Assembly: GCF_020745735.1 (NCBI RefSeq)
Contig: NW_026867487.1
Coordinates: 4,791,239-4,855,238, forward strand
Length of the DNA: 64,000 bases
Source of the DNA: Hemiscyllium ocellatum
Taxonomy: Eukaryota
Direction: 5' to 3'
Position 1 is the stretch's first letter. Each line of letters starts with the position of its first letter. Below are positions 1-12,278 of the stretch, in pieces. The position numbers were made by a program, and so were the translations under genes. Below the pieces are notes generated by a model. That model had not been told where the DNA came from and did not search any database. It was given only the letters and a program-made list of their open reading frames with translations.

Positions 1-22
1 ACCCTGCATCTGCTCAGCAAAC

Positions 23-537
23 ATGTTGACTCTTCCTATTTGCTCATTTCTCACTGCTGCAACGGTCTTAACAGGTAAGTTTCTAAGTTGTAAAATATTC
101 TCTTCTGGGTAAAATGTCTACGGCAATCTTTGATTTGTCTGTGTTTCCCTCGATGGCAGTATATGTGTTGACTCGGTAACATTCATCATGATCGTCATTT
201 TATTGTCACTTTCTTTCTATATTTGCACAGGTGTTAATTGTGCCGACTCGATCTCACAGAAGCCGGTTACAGTGATACAATTTGAAGGAGATTCAGTGAC
301 TATTCATTTCAGCTATACGACCACAGATAACGCGCATACGTTCCCACTGTACCGTCAGGACCCAGGGAAATCTCCAACATTCCTAATCTACGTTCCCAAC
401 TATGGCAGTATCTGGAGAGGAGAGGGCGTGTCGGATCGATTTTCTGCATCTTTGGACAATTCGAAAAATGAAGGGAATTTCATTATCAATGAGCTGCAGT
501 TGTCTGACAGCGCAGTGTATTACTGTGGACTGAGAGT
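23..537 (+). CDS. TCR alpha/delta V segment, family A copy 1 (leader exon 23-74, V exon 231-537); open frame but lacks Cys23 and Trp41
   Basis: ATG at 23 gives MLTLPICSFLTAATVLT-G; donor AG|GTAAGT at 75; acceptor TTTGCACAG| at 230; V exon GVNCADSISQ...VTIHFSY...PLYRQDPGKSP...DRFSAS...LSDSAVYYCGLR followed directly by an RSS. The ORF-track start at 188 lies in the intron. Confidence 0.9.
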
Positions 538-576
538 CACAGTGACAGGAACCAGGCTGAGCCTCGTGCAAAAACG
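538..576 (+). other. 23-bp spacer recombination signal sequence of A1
   Basis: CACAGTG (538-544), 23 nt, GCAAAAACG (568-576). Confidence 0.93.
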
Positions 577-3050
577 CTGTCCCAATGGCTCCTTGAGTCG
601 AGAGTAAAATTTACTTCCTATCTTTCTTCCAGAATGAGCCAAGTTCAATTAAAAGAAAATAACTAATGCACAGAGGTCAATGGGAGCAGCATCCAAGAAG
701 GATGCATTTGAATAAAGCACAAACGTGCGATTAAAGATTTATGCCATTGTGCAACTCAGTGATTGCAATAGAATTACTGTCGGAAGTATCTGGCATTGTG
801 CTCCAGCCAGTGAAGGAGGTACACACCAGAAAGCATGAAACATCAGTTTCAGAACTCCGTGCGACAAAGATCAAAATGACAACAGAAACTTGATTGAGAT
901 CAGTGCTATATAATGCGTCCAATATCCAAAAGCAATTCCGTCACTCTTCCTGATATATTTCAATTGAGCTTTTGTCATCGGTCTGGTTTTTGGTCACCCA
1001 TTAACTATTCCGGGAACCTGCACCTGATTATTTCTGTGCAAGCGATTATTGTTGTACTAATGCTTGTTCATTAGCTTCCTGTCTTGATAACAAAGTCATG
1101 GCTGCAAGCTAATATTGTAGATGCTTGTTCCTAATGTATGTAAGTGTCTTTAACATTGAGAGATCTGAAATCAGGTTACTAGAATGGTTTAGACTTTCTC
1201 TGGACAGGCTTCAGTGCCCACTGTAAATTGACATTAGATATCACAACTATTGTTCCATTGAATGAAATATTTCTGGAACGATTACTCCGGAATATATTTC
1301 ATTCGAAGTTGGTGTTTAACCTGAAAGAGCAAAATACAGCCATTTCAGAAACGGACAGTTTAGAATGGTGAGAGGAACAATGAAACTAAGATTGTCAATG
1401 TCACGCCGTTAGCTTTCAGTTTGCACCTACATACTGAATTTGGGAGATCAGGTTATATAGAATCAATTTTCACCAATGCACATCAGTCGCATGGAGAATA
1501 TTGATGTCAACACAAGTTTCTCTCAACCACTATGAAAAAAGCTGGGAATACATCACTCAAACGAAACGTTCTGAAGAGGAGTCATATCAAACTCAAAACG
1601 TTAACACTGTTTCTCGCTTGACAGATACTGCCAGATCTGTTGAAGCTCCGTGACTGTTTCTGATTTTATTGTGTATTTCTCAACGATTACATCTGTGGAC
1701 TATTCCTACGCAGTGGTCTGATTGAATGGACCCCAATTTGCCTTCAACAATGAGACCTCAGACGGTGGTCTTTCCCCACTGTGTCTTGGCAGTAGCTGCC
1801 CCAAGCATTCCAGATCATTGAAATATGTCAACCTGCAAACCGCATTTGGGGTCAACTCCTTGTCCTGTTTTGATGGTCCACAAGATGAAGTTGGTGCCTG
1901 GAAAGTTGTGTGTCCTAGGGAACGGACCGTAGAATACATGGAACTGCTCAGGACGAAATCAACGAAAACAAATTGCATTTTTCTCCAGACTTACTTGGCA
2001 TAGGCACATTCCAGCAGGAGATGTGGGACAGCCTCAAAACCTCGGCAGCCAGTCCAAGGGCAGTATGTGGTGATGCCGTGCATGCAAAGTAGTTCCCTTC
2101 TCACCAGCAGCCAAGTGATATCTTCAAATAGGGGTTGTATCTAAAAATGTTGTTTCAATTCTGAGGAAGGGGCACCGGGCACAAAACGTAAACTTCAATT
2201 TCTCTTCACAGCTGCCACCAGACCTGTTGAGCTTTCCCAGCAACCCCCGTTTTTGTGTCAGCGCCTGCCCATTAGCTTAATGACCCTCAAGGGAAACCTC
2301 ACTGAAGCCACTGATAAGTGTTCAGAATATTATATGAGCAAAATCCTAGAGGAGTTAAATATCCAAGAATAAACTAAATTGTTTGAAACTTCCAAACGTT
2401 TGGATTACAGGACCACTGTAAATTTCTCTCAAAGTAAGTCACCATCTCAGTCTGAACAGTATATATCCTTTCTTGGTCGCCATGTCAAAATTCTTGAACT
2501 CCCTTGCTAACAGCACTGTTAGTGTCCTCCCATCTCAAGGAATTCAGTGGTCCAAGAGGCAGATCGCCTTCACCTTCTGCAATGCAATATTTGGTCACAA
2601 TTGTATTATTGTTCTTCTAAATGTCGCCTGAGGGAGGAGAGGACTCCTCTAATCTTTATACAATTGACACAATCATGTGAACGATTGGGAAACAATCAAC
2701 AGGTTTAGGTGGTTGGTGAAGAATTTTCATTTCCAGACAGCCCAACAAAAAGAAACCACATGCGAATGAGACTTCCACTGGTGGCTTTGACTAATTAAGC
2801 AGCGTTTATTTGTTTCGTGTTTTTCAGATCTGAGTTACATCCTACTTTCTGGTTGGTATTTTATCCTGGACCAAAGAATCTTCCCCTCGCTATTTTGAAA
2901 CTGTTAAAAAGCAGCTGCAGGGTTAGTACTCAATATCGCACAAAATGCCTGATGTTCTTCAGTTTGCTCATACGATTCACGTGACCGATCAGAATCACAA
3001 CGTCGATCATTGCTGCCATAACCAAATGCTTTGGATTTTGTTGGACGTAA

Positions 3051-3485
3051 ATTTAAAAATGAGGTCCTTGAGGGTAGTCAATTCTGGATCCCTCCCGGTA
3101 CTACGAAATCGTGATGGCAGGAATAGGAGAATAGAGCAGATGAATGTATGGCTGAGGAACTGTTACACGGGAGAAGGATTTACATTTTTGTATCATTGAA
3201 AGCTGTTTTGGGGTAGACGTGGCCTGTACAAGAAGGACGAATTGCACCTAAATTGGAAGGGTACTAATATACTGACAGGGCAATTTCCTAGAGCTGTCAG
3301 GCGTATTTAAACTAGTAAGATCGTGGGTGGGAGTACGGGTGAGGTGGAGTGCTGACGGGGGTGGGGGTGTTGGGGGGAAGAAGTGGACAAAGGCGAGTCA
3401 ACCAGTCAGGGTTGGGATACCTGGTCGGCAAGGACAATTTGGCCGGAAGGGTCAGTTTCTGTGCTGTACCACTTATGACTCTATA
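3051..3485 (+). mobile_element. CR1-type LINE remnant with large internal deletion
   Basis: 5' part encodes an ORF1 esterase-like fragment (...HLNWKGTNILTGQF); 3' part is a CR1 3' end (...ACTTATGACTCTAT); orthologous to 48281-51585; absent from units 2 and 3. Confidence 0.85.
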
Positions 3486-3747
3486 ACTGGTTGCTGCATT
3501 TTCCACATCGCTCAATGCTGTCAACGTGGAAAACTTTTTGACATTTCAAAAAGCATGAAATCATGTGTTCACTTTTCTTTCACAAAACTTACAGGTTTAG
3601 CATAGTTGAATAATGTACTTTTAACGAATAAAGGTTTGTATTCAAATGAAAAATATCAGCTATCACCGTGAATTCGGGAACACTTTCAGATCCAATCCTG
3701 ACGTGAGCGTTTGCCTGACACACTGTCATGATCAGTGACTCCCTGAC

Positions 3748-3786
3748 AGTTTTTGTACAGGGTCAGACCAGTTCTGAGACTCCGTG
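3748..3786 (-). other. 23-RSS of B1
   Basis: Minus strand CACGGAG, 23 nt, ACAAAAACT. Confidence 0.88.
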
Positions 3787-4429
3787 GGGCTCAGTGCGCA
3801 GTAATACACTGCAGAGTCTGCCAGTTCTGTTTTCATCACTTTCAGCTTGATGGTGTGGTTCACATGATCGAGCTCTGAGGATAACCGGTCTTCGTGAAAC
3901 TTTTCTGTGTTCCCGTCAAATTTGTTTCTCCGCAGCAGAAACTCCATGGAACCACTGGAATGTTGACGGTACCAGAACAGGTAAACATTGTTGCTTGTTT
4001 TAGTATAATTACAGAACAACTGGGCACTGTCCCCCACATTCACTGCGATCAAAGCCGGTGTCTGCGAGACAGAATCACCTCGACAAAGTCCTGTAAAATT
4101 GATTGAACAATTTATTTGACAGGTTAATTGATGGACTTATGCACACGTGAACCTCAGCGCAGTGAAAAGCTTTGTTTACAAGCGGTATAGGCAGATCACA
4201 GCAAAGAAGGATATACAGATCATAGGATAGCAAGAACCAACTTAGACAGAGGCATATTGGCGATGTTACAAAGGTAAACATTAGCAAAATCAGCACTTGA
4301 AGTTAGAGACTCCAGGAGAATCCAGAAATTACAGAAACCACTTCATTATTCTTATACCACAGTCATCCTGTTACCTTGAGCAATAACCTGAGACATAAGT
4401 TCGGGAAGGTAAACAGGAATTAATTTAAT
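3787..4429 (-). CDS. TRAV: TCR alpha/delta V segment, family B copy 1 (V exon 4090-3787 intact; putative leader exon 4429-4375 without canonical start)
   Basis: Acceptor TTTTACAG|; GLCRGDSVSQTPALIAV...LFCNY...YLFWYRQ...ELADSAVYYCALSP, with C23, W41 and C104 present; donor AAG|GTAAC at 4374; expected start codon reads ATT, and the only in-frame ATG (4396) gives a very short leader. Confidence 0.8.
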
Positions 4430-5231
4430 GCAATTCAGCAGATGTACTGGTAAAGGGCTTTGACAGATTAAATAAAACTTCCTTCAATAAAAAGATCATT
4501 CCGTCTAACAAGGTCATTTTCCATTTCGTTCCCAATTCTAAAGGGAAAACTGCAGACGGTATGTGAGTTTAAATCTATCACTTCTGTCGAAGTATCTGCA
4601 TGTACCCAGTCCTGCCTAGCTCCCAGCGTAACTCTTCCACTGGCTTTCAGTCGGGATCGATCCGAACTCAACCCAAACAGTGCTGGTGTTGGAAAAGTTT
4701 GGCTCCACATGATTATTTTCATTTGGAGACAATATATCACTGCATCTGTGTTGATGGCACTGATCGGATAAATGCAATTGCCGTTTCGCATCTGAAACAG
4801 AGAGATCTTCAAGTTACCAACCGACCTGTTAGAACAGTTGCAGCTGTGAGTAACAGTGCCCCAGTCGACATTGTCGCAGAGAGATCACAGTAAATGTGAG
4901 CAGAACTGTTTGAAACTGAAAGACTTTTCTTCAAGAATCGGTAGCCCTTCCGGATCTCTGCCCATTGGTTCATTATTGACAAAGAAATCTGGTGACAACC
5001 AATGAGCTTCAAACGCCTTTGTTCTTCGATTCAACCAATGAGCTTCAAGAGTTTTGACCTCATTTCAGATGGCCGCAAGACAAAGGATCACGATGGATTT
5101 ATTCACCAGAAAAAGGGGTTTTACAAAGACTTTCAGCCAATATTGAAATATAGCAGTTTCATTTGTCCAAAGGCGAAGTCAAAGAAGGAACACAGTTCAT
5201 GTTTACCGATTTGGAGATGCCGTTGTAGAAC

Positions 5232-5700
5232 TGGGGTGTACAAAGTTAAAAATCACACTGCGACAAATTATAGTCTAACAGGTTTATTTGGAAGCACTGA
5301 CTGCTGGAGCTCCGCTTCTTTATCAGGTGGTTGTGGAGTATAAGATCGGAAGACACCGAAGTTATTACAAAAGTCTATAGTGTGATGCAATTGAAATTAT
5401 CCGTTGAAAAAATATCTGGATTGTTTGTTAAGTTTGATTTTAAAACGAACATTTGGTTTCAGTTCTTTCATGTCTAAATCAGATATTTATTTTAAAAGTT
5501 GTATTCTCAAGTGAACTTTACCAATGGTGTCATGCCCGCATTATCTGAGTCGACATGACAGCAATTGTTAAAGTTCGCTTGAGAATGTAAGTCGAAACAA
5601 GTTCTTCGATTTACATACGACAGAACTGAAACCAACATTTTCATTCCTAAAGATGAGAGAATTAACAAACAATCCAGATCTTTTTTCAGCATATAATTTC
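5232..5700 (-). mobile_element. Penelope-like element 3'/pLTR fragment (unit-1-specific insertion, about 5205-5850)
   Basis: GGGGTGTACAAAGTTAAAAATCACAC...ACAGGTTTATTTGGAAGCACT...ATCAGG is the reverse complement of the same motif seen on + at about 57855-57945; segment absent at the homologous sites about 23830 and 41228. Confidence 0.6.
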
Positions 5701-6455
5701 AGTTCCATCATACTTTAAATTTTTGCTATATATTCTGTGTTTTATGAACTTATATTCCACAACAACCCAATGAGGGACAGCACTCAGGAAACCAGTGCTT
5801 CCAAATGAACCTATTGGTCGATAATTTGGAGTTGTGTGACTTTTAACCGTGTTGTTCGAGTGTCAGAACTGAAGTTACCTAGTTAAGACATCTGCTCTCT
5901 GACGTTTTGAGAACTTCCTTTAGCTCAGCCTGAGAGTCAATGTATTTGAGGTTTTTGCACAAAATGCTGATGTCAATTTTTTAAAAAAGTCTACGATTTC
6001 AATTACTGAAATGTTAGAGTGGAATATTGATTTTGTTGCATTTTCTGATAAGATTCATAGCTGTCGACATTTCCTGAATTTTACATTGTGCTGTAGCAAA
6101 TGCATCCACGGTATCTATATCAGATACATTGCAGCACCCAAATAAATCGGCTCAATGCCACATTTTCAAGGAGTATTAGTGATGCATGCCAGAATTGCCT
6201 GTGCAATCCAAATACTATATTTTTTGAATGAAGACATGATGATATAGATTCTCTGAAGATCTGAATGGGAATGGCGAGAGAGCAGAGGTACACATTTATG
6301 CAAATCTTGACAGAAGAGAGTATACTATACAAACACACAAAACTAAATGACAAAGCAAGTGATTACATTTGTGATCGCATTCCCCTTAATATCGAATTAT
6401 AGACATTGAAATAAAAACGTTGATACTCAACACTACGGCCCTCCCTCTCTGTATA

Positions 6456-6494
6456 GGTTTTTGTTCAAGCTCTCCCTCTGTTTATAACACTGTG
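6456..6494 (-). other. 23-RSS of D1 (perfect consensus)
   Basis: Minus strand CACAGTG, 23 nt, ACAAAAACC. Confidence 0.95.
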
Positions 6495-6832
6495 CCCCCA
6501 TTGGCACAGAGATAGATGGCGGTGTCTTTAAGTCTGGCGTTTCTCACACTTAGAGTACTGTGTTTGTTGTCTGTCCTGACTGAAGCGGAGATCCTCTCAT
6601 GTTGATCAGCTTCTCTTTTGGCCATCACCAGATACTGGGGCGGCTGGTTCGGGAACTGTCTGTACCAATACACTATGCCAGATGCCGTTGCTATGGAGCA
6701 CTCCATGGAAGCGTTTTCTGCCTCCTTAACAACTTTCCACTGAGCAAGTTGCGTTACTTCATCTTCTCCAGTTTCTACCGTGTAGATCAGGGAGGAAAGC
6801 AGGAAAAGAACTCGGTAAATTTGAGACAGCAT
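6495..6832 (-). CDS. TCR V segment, family D copy 1; leader and V apparently in one exon
   Basis: ATG at 6832: MLSQIYRVLFLLSSLIYTVETG-EDEVTQ...SMECS...VYWYRQ...LKDTAIYLCANG, then a perfect RSS; C23, W41 and C104 present. Confidence 0.9.
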
Positions 6833-6900
6833 CAAGTCACATGAAACGTAAGGTCCACAGAGTTTTGTTGGAAAAAAAAGTGAACAATGAGAAAAACACT

Positions 6901-7225
6901 CTTTTCGTGTCGAACACAGTGCTGCCTTCTTTCGAAGTTGTGAAATAAGTTATGTCTTCGAGTTAATCATTCTGTACCAGGCTTTTCGCACAAACAGCTG
7001 CTCACAATGTGTGTAATGGCACGCCGCCCTCTCATTTAATATATGTCAATGATTAGAAAAGCCCTTCTTTCGTGTCGGACACAGTGACGTCTTCTTCCGA
7101 AGTTGTGAAATATTTTGGGTCTTGGAGGTTATATTTTGGTACCAAGTCTTTCACACTGACAGCTGCTCACAGCGTGTTTCATGTCACTCCGCCGTCATAT
7201 TCAATATATGTCATAGATTCAACTT
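6901..7225. repeat. Diverged ~165-bp tandem duplication in the D1 promoter
   Basis: TTTCGTGTCG..CACAGTG...GAAGTTGTGAAATA...CAGCTGCTCACA...CCGCC...AATATATGTCA occurs twice (starts about 6903 and 7068); single copy upstream of D2 and D3. Confidence 0.8.
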
Positions 7226-7789
7226 GCCCTCTGGTGGCTATGTCCCGAAATTGTGACGTAAATTTTCTCCCCACAATTGAGTTTGCACGAATCATGATCA
7301 ATGAAAATAAAAAGATCCTCCGCCCCCTCCCCGAAAAAAAAGTTCCCTCGTTTACTCTGCACTTTTTATTTCAACTGCAGCAGTCAACGATTTCGGAGTA
7401 TTGTCTTCACGCATTGCAACTGAAACTACATTCCACACTTTGATCAGCCTCATTGAAACAAGCAAAATAACGCAATATTTATCTTACAATTTTGGTCTGT
7501 GATTTGAAGCAGCGTTTCACCCCAGCACGATGTGATGTGAACCCTGATTTCCATTCTGTGCACTATACTAACATGAATAGCAACATTTGTAACTCATTAT
7601 ATTGTGGCCTCAAGAGTGATCTTTCTGAAAACCACCTCTCTTTCGCGGGCATACACTTTAGACGTGCATACACACGCACACACACACACACCTTCACCCA
7701 CCTCTCTGTGATGGGGTAGTTCTAAAACCACTCAAGCATCTCTGAACTCTCCTTTGATTGGAAGAATCTACGTACCCATTATCCTGATA

Positions 7790-8322
7790 CTTCAGAAAGT
7801 GAATACATATGGTGCTGCCGCACTTGGAATATTGCATACAGCTCTGTTCATCGTATCATAAGAAGGATGCGGATGCTTTGGAAAGTGTTCAGAGAAGCTT
7901 CACTAGAATGTTGACTGGGAAGAGAGAGAAGGTCTTGAGAAAATGCCAAGGAACGTGAGTCCGTTTTCGTTCGAGAGAGGAATGTTGAGAAGTGACTTCT
8001 CTGAGGCATAGAAAATAATCAGTGGGTTAGGTAGGCTGGACATTGAGAGCCTTTTTCCTCAGATGCCGAATGCTACCACGATGCAACGCGTCTTTAAACT
8101 GAGGACTGATAGATATAGGACAGATATCAGAGGTAGCTTCTTTACTCAGAGAGTAGAAGTGGCGTGGAACTCACTGCCTGCAACTGTAGTAGACTCGCCA
8201 ACTTTAAGAGCACTTACACAAACATTGAATGGGCATAGGGACAAAAACAGAATAGTGTAGTTTAGATCGGCGCAAAAGCGAGGGTCGAAGGGCCTGTACA
8301 GCGCTTTAATGTTCTATGTTCT
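7790..8322 (+). mobile_element. CR1 LINE 3' fragment
   Basis: Degenerate ORF2 C-terminus (LEYCIQ...RGSFFTQRV...WNSLP) and tail GAAGGGCCTGTACAGCGCTTTAATGTTCTATGTTCTA; paralogs at about 26110-26655 and 43470-44015. Confidence 0.8.
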
Positions 8323-8389
8323 AAATGTGGAGAGAATTGGAGCGACAGATAGTAGGCAAAATGAAAGCAAGCAAGGGACTTGCTACACT

Positions 8390-8660
8390 TTCGGTTTGTG
8401 CTTTTGTGTATGCATTGTTGTGTATGGGTGTCTGTGTAAGTCTTTCTATTTGCATTTCTGTCTGCGCATCTACTTATGTGTGTTGCTGTCTGTGTATATG
8501 TGTACATTTATGTGCCTACCAATGTGCATTTCTGTTTTCATGTACATGCCTGTGCTTCTGTTTCATGTGCGTGTGTCTGTGTGCGTATCTTTGTTGCTCT
8601 CTGTGTTTGTGTGTTTGTGTGTGTATGTGTGTGTGCACATGCATGTGAATGCATGTGTCC
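8390..8660. repeat. Degenerate (TG)n-rich microsatellite
   Basis: Long imperfect TG/TGTA tract; paralogs at about 26720-27030 and 44090-44400. Confidence 0.85.
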
Positions 8661-8899
8661 ACCTCCGTGAGCAATGGAAATTACTTCTGGCTTCATGTTG
8701 AAAGAATTGTGTCAAAGTTCTCTGCTTGTTTTGGTCTTCTGTTTAATATCACATAGTTCTACCACCTGCTGTTTAATCGAAGCGGTAGGCATTTTAGAAA
8801 GTAACACATTATTTTAAGAGGGCTCAGCTTGTGAATTTTTCAAGGGCTACTGTATAAGTTTCATGACGTGCTAGCACGCGAGGGATTATAGTTTAAACG

Positions 8900-9885
8900 T
8901 ATCCACTTTTAAACTGCTATCCAATGATCCGATGTCAATGGTTTTGATGAGAAAATACAAGGCATGAGCAGTACGTTTGCAGATGACAATAAAATCGGCG
9001 GCATTGTGGACACGAGAAAGGTTATCAGAAATTGCAGCAGGACTTGATCAGCTAGGGAATTGGGCCAGAAATGCCAAATGGAATTTAATATGATAATTAC
9101 GAGGTCTTTCTTACACTTTGGAATGTCAATTCAAAACAAGGGCTTCATGATGGATGATAAGGCCTTAAGGAATGTAATGCAACAGACAGACTTTATGTCC
9201 AGGTGCACGGTTCACTGTAAGTATAGTCACAGACAGGACAGTGGAAAAGGTATTTGGCACACTCGGTTCATCAGTAAGGGAACTGAGTATCGAAATTGGG
9301 AAGTTAAGTTGCAATTGTGCAGGACGTTGGCGAGGCTGTACTTGGAGTATTGCGTTCAGTTTGGGCACATTAGTGTATGAAGGATTTATTAAAATGGAAA
9401 AAGTGCAGAAGAAATTTACAAACTTGTTCCCTCGACTGAATGGTCTGATTTCGAAGGAAGGGTTAAACAAATTAGGACTTCTATCTTCAGAGTGGTGGAG
9501 ACTGAACGGGGTTGGGGAGGTGTGGGGGTGTGAATCTTATAGAGGTGTATACAATCATGACTGGCATGGACAATGTGAATGCGCTCAGTCCTTTTCCCAG
9601 GGTTGGGGAATCAAGTATTAGAGGACAGCAGTTTAAGGGGAAAGAATACAAGGGAACCTAAAGGCCAACTGTTTTTAACAGAGACGATAGTACTCATGTG
9701 GAATGAACTGCGAGTGTAAATGGTTGAGGCAGTTATATTACCAACATTTAAAAGGGATTTCGACACGGATAGGACAGGATTAAAAGGATATGTGCCAAGT
9801 GCAGGGAAGTGTTAGCGTTGATGGACGGCTTGGATCATTTGAGGCAGAGTGTCTGACTATGTGTTGTAGGGCTCTATGACTCTAT
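8900..9885 (+). mobile_element. CR1 LINE 3' fragment (decayed RT)
   Basis: FADDNKIGG-like motif at about 8977, EYCVQF, tail CTATGACTCTAT at about 9873-9885; paralog at about 27280-28245. Confidence 0.8.
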
Positions 9886-11729
9886 CCATTTAAATCAGAG
9901 ACGAGGGAAAACTTATCTGTCAGAGCATTGTGAAACCTGGGAATGCCCTTCCTCAAAAGGCAGTGGTCTTTAATTGAGAGATGTCTCCAATTCATTTTGA
10001 ATGTCTTCACCGTCACTGAGGAATGGGCACTTTCAAAATACTTTTCATACAGCAGGATGCTGCACTTCAGGCGCTGGAGCATCGTTCAAAACCTGTCATT
10101 TTGATGCATAGTCAGTGTAGTTTTGAAAATGGAAATCTACTTTAACTGTCACAGATAATGATTCAAATGCAGAACTAAAGCGAAATCTCCCATGACAGAA
10201 GAAGTTGAAATATTTACATTTACGAATACAGCTGGATAATTGGAATGCCCCTGAATAGCTGCAAGACCTGCAGTTCCTGGAGGTATCCCAAAAGTACAAG
10301 AATTTATCAATGTTCATAAAATTCCAGATTTACTTTTCCTTTAGCCTCACACTAGCAGAGCGCCTGGCCCTGGTTTCTGTACTGAACATAAATTAGTATT
10401 CTTTGTAAATGAATATATTTCAGATGAACATTAACTATTATGAACAGATATTACATAATTTAATCGGTTGCAATTCTTACTGCCATCTACCACCTTGTAT
10501 TCCTTGAATGCAGAGAAACCAAGCATACAAAACATTTGTGTTACAGGTTGCAGTGAAAACTGGGCTGGCATTTCAATGTCTCTTGTTCGCTGTGTTGACC
10601 CTTCTGGTTGGAGGACTTGCTGCTTCTTAATCTGTCTTCTTCATGCATGTTCTATTGCTGGAAGTGGCGCACAATGATTCACACCGATAAATTCTGTCAT
10701 TCCCACACTGACTAATTGTGTGAACAGATGCTGATGTGCGTTTGAACAATGCAGTTGGTTGCTGCCATTCCTCTGATATAATCCCCAACGATTTTTACAC
10801 CCTGACTGTGCAGTGGCGTGTAGCTGCCAGCAGAGGGTGGCATTGTATCACTGGCGGCACAGCGAGCCAGGGAGAGAGGCTTTGACTAAATCGAACTGTC
10901 TGGGAGAACGTGGTGGTGACCTGCCTTCTTGAATGTCTGCAATTCTTGCTGAGTTGGGGCACCCACATTGTTGTTCCAGAGAGTTCCAGGGCCTTGACCA
11001 AGTGATCATGAAAGAATGTGATGTAGATCCAAGACACGGCCGAGTATGGCCTGAGAGAGAAGTGTTCCCGTGCATCTAATGTCTTTGACTTTCTAAGTGA
11101 TGGAGGACATGAAAATGCTCTGTTTCAGGACACTTGGCGAATTACTGCAATGCATATTGCGACAACAAATCTGCAACTGTACATTAGTGATGAGGCAGTG
11201 AGTATTGGAGCTGATGGCCTGGGTGTCAATCCAGTATGTTTTGTGTTTTTTCTGCATTCCTCTACATAAGGAACTTCTACAGTCTACATTTATAATTCCT
11301 CTGAGACTCCATGCATCTTCTCTTTTCCCCTTTAATTGGTCTTTTGGTTATCCTTTGTCGAATTCTAAATTGCTTGTAATCCTTTGGCTTCTAAATGTTT
11401 CTTGCAGCTTTGCAAACCATACAACATAGGTATCTTCGATCCTTCGTTAGCCATGGTTGATTTTTTTCAGCTACGTGTTTCTGTTTTAGAGGAACAAATA
11501 AGAATTACAGACCATATAATACCTCTTCAAAAACTCAGTCCTGCCTATGTACTTCCAAAACATTTTGTGTATTTTGGCAATCCATCATAACCAATTTGCC
11601 ACTCCAATTTTCATACTTTCTATTGTTCAGGTTTCAGAAATTATTTCCAGAATGAATTATGTCAATTTGAAACTTGATTGAAAATTGCACAATATTATTT
11701 TCTCAATGCAACAGGACTTCTGAAGAGCG

Positions 11730-12278
11730 AGGTTACTGTGGCCGGAAGCATCACTTGAAATAATGAACTTATGATGGACACTAATACACTTAACATGGAG
11801 TTAGAAAAGATGAACAATGATTAGAGCATGCTGGGAAATCGAACTCAGCCTTAGCTCAAGTGATTGTGCTCCTCCATATGTTGCAGAATCCAGACAGGCT
11901 GCAGCTGCCCACAGACGGTTTGCAAATAAACTTGACAGCTGCTGACTCTGCATTGCACACCTAAAATTGAACTTGAACAGAACAATGGAATGACGGCCTC
12001 GGGACAATTGGGAATATTGAATCATTCGCTAGACAGTGAGGTGCCTAGCACCCCTACTTGGAGGAGGTTATGTTCACCCAGCACCTACCATATTGGACGC
12101 CTAACAGCCACCATGCCATCAACGTGTCAACACCTCGTTGGTTCTGATCGTTCAGGGTAATCGAACCTGATCAATTCGTTGGCAGATATTCACAGCAAAA
12201 CCCCACTCAGGAAGATAACTCGAGAATAACCAACGATAGACAAGGCACCTTTAAGAAGAAAATTAAAACGTCACCACA
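11730..12278 (-). mobile_element. Possible solo LTR
   Basis: Minus-strand start TGTGGTGACG...CTTAAAGG resembles shark LTR termini; paralog at about 30085-30690; no TSD found. Confidence 0.35.

Noticed and set aside
3700-3727. CACTGTC near the B RSS as a 12-RSS of a D segment
   Set aside because: No nonamer at the required distance in any B copy.
4468-4893. ORFs upstream of B (also 23110-23349 and 40464-40923) as a further V family or gene
   Set aside because: No Ig motifs or RSS; the unit-3 paralog has in-frame stops; explained as duplicated non-coding flank.
7080-7120. CACAGTG in the D1 promoter duplication as a cryptic RSS
   Set aside because: No nonamer at 12 or 23 nt spacing.
8309-8701. 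Cys/Val-rich and His/Thr-rich ORFs (also 26453-27085 and 44088-44517)
   Set aside because: Translations of (TG)n microsatellites.
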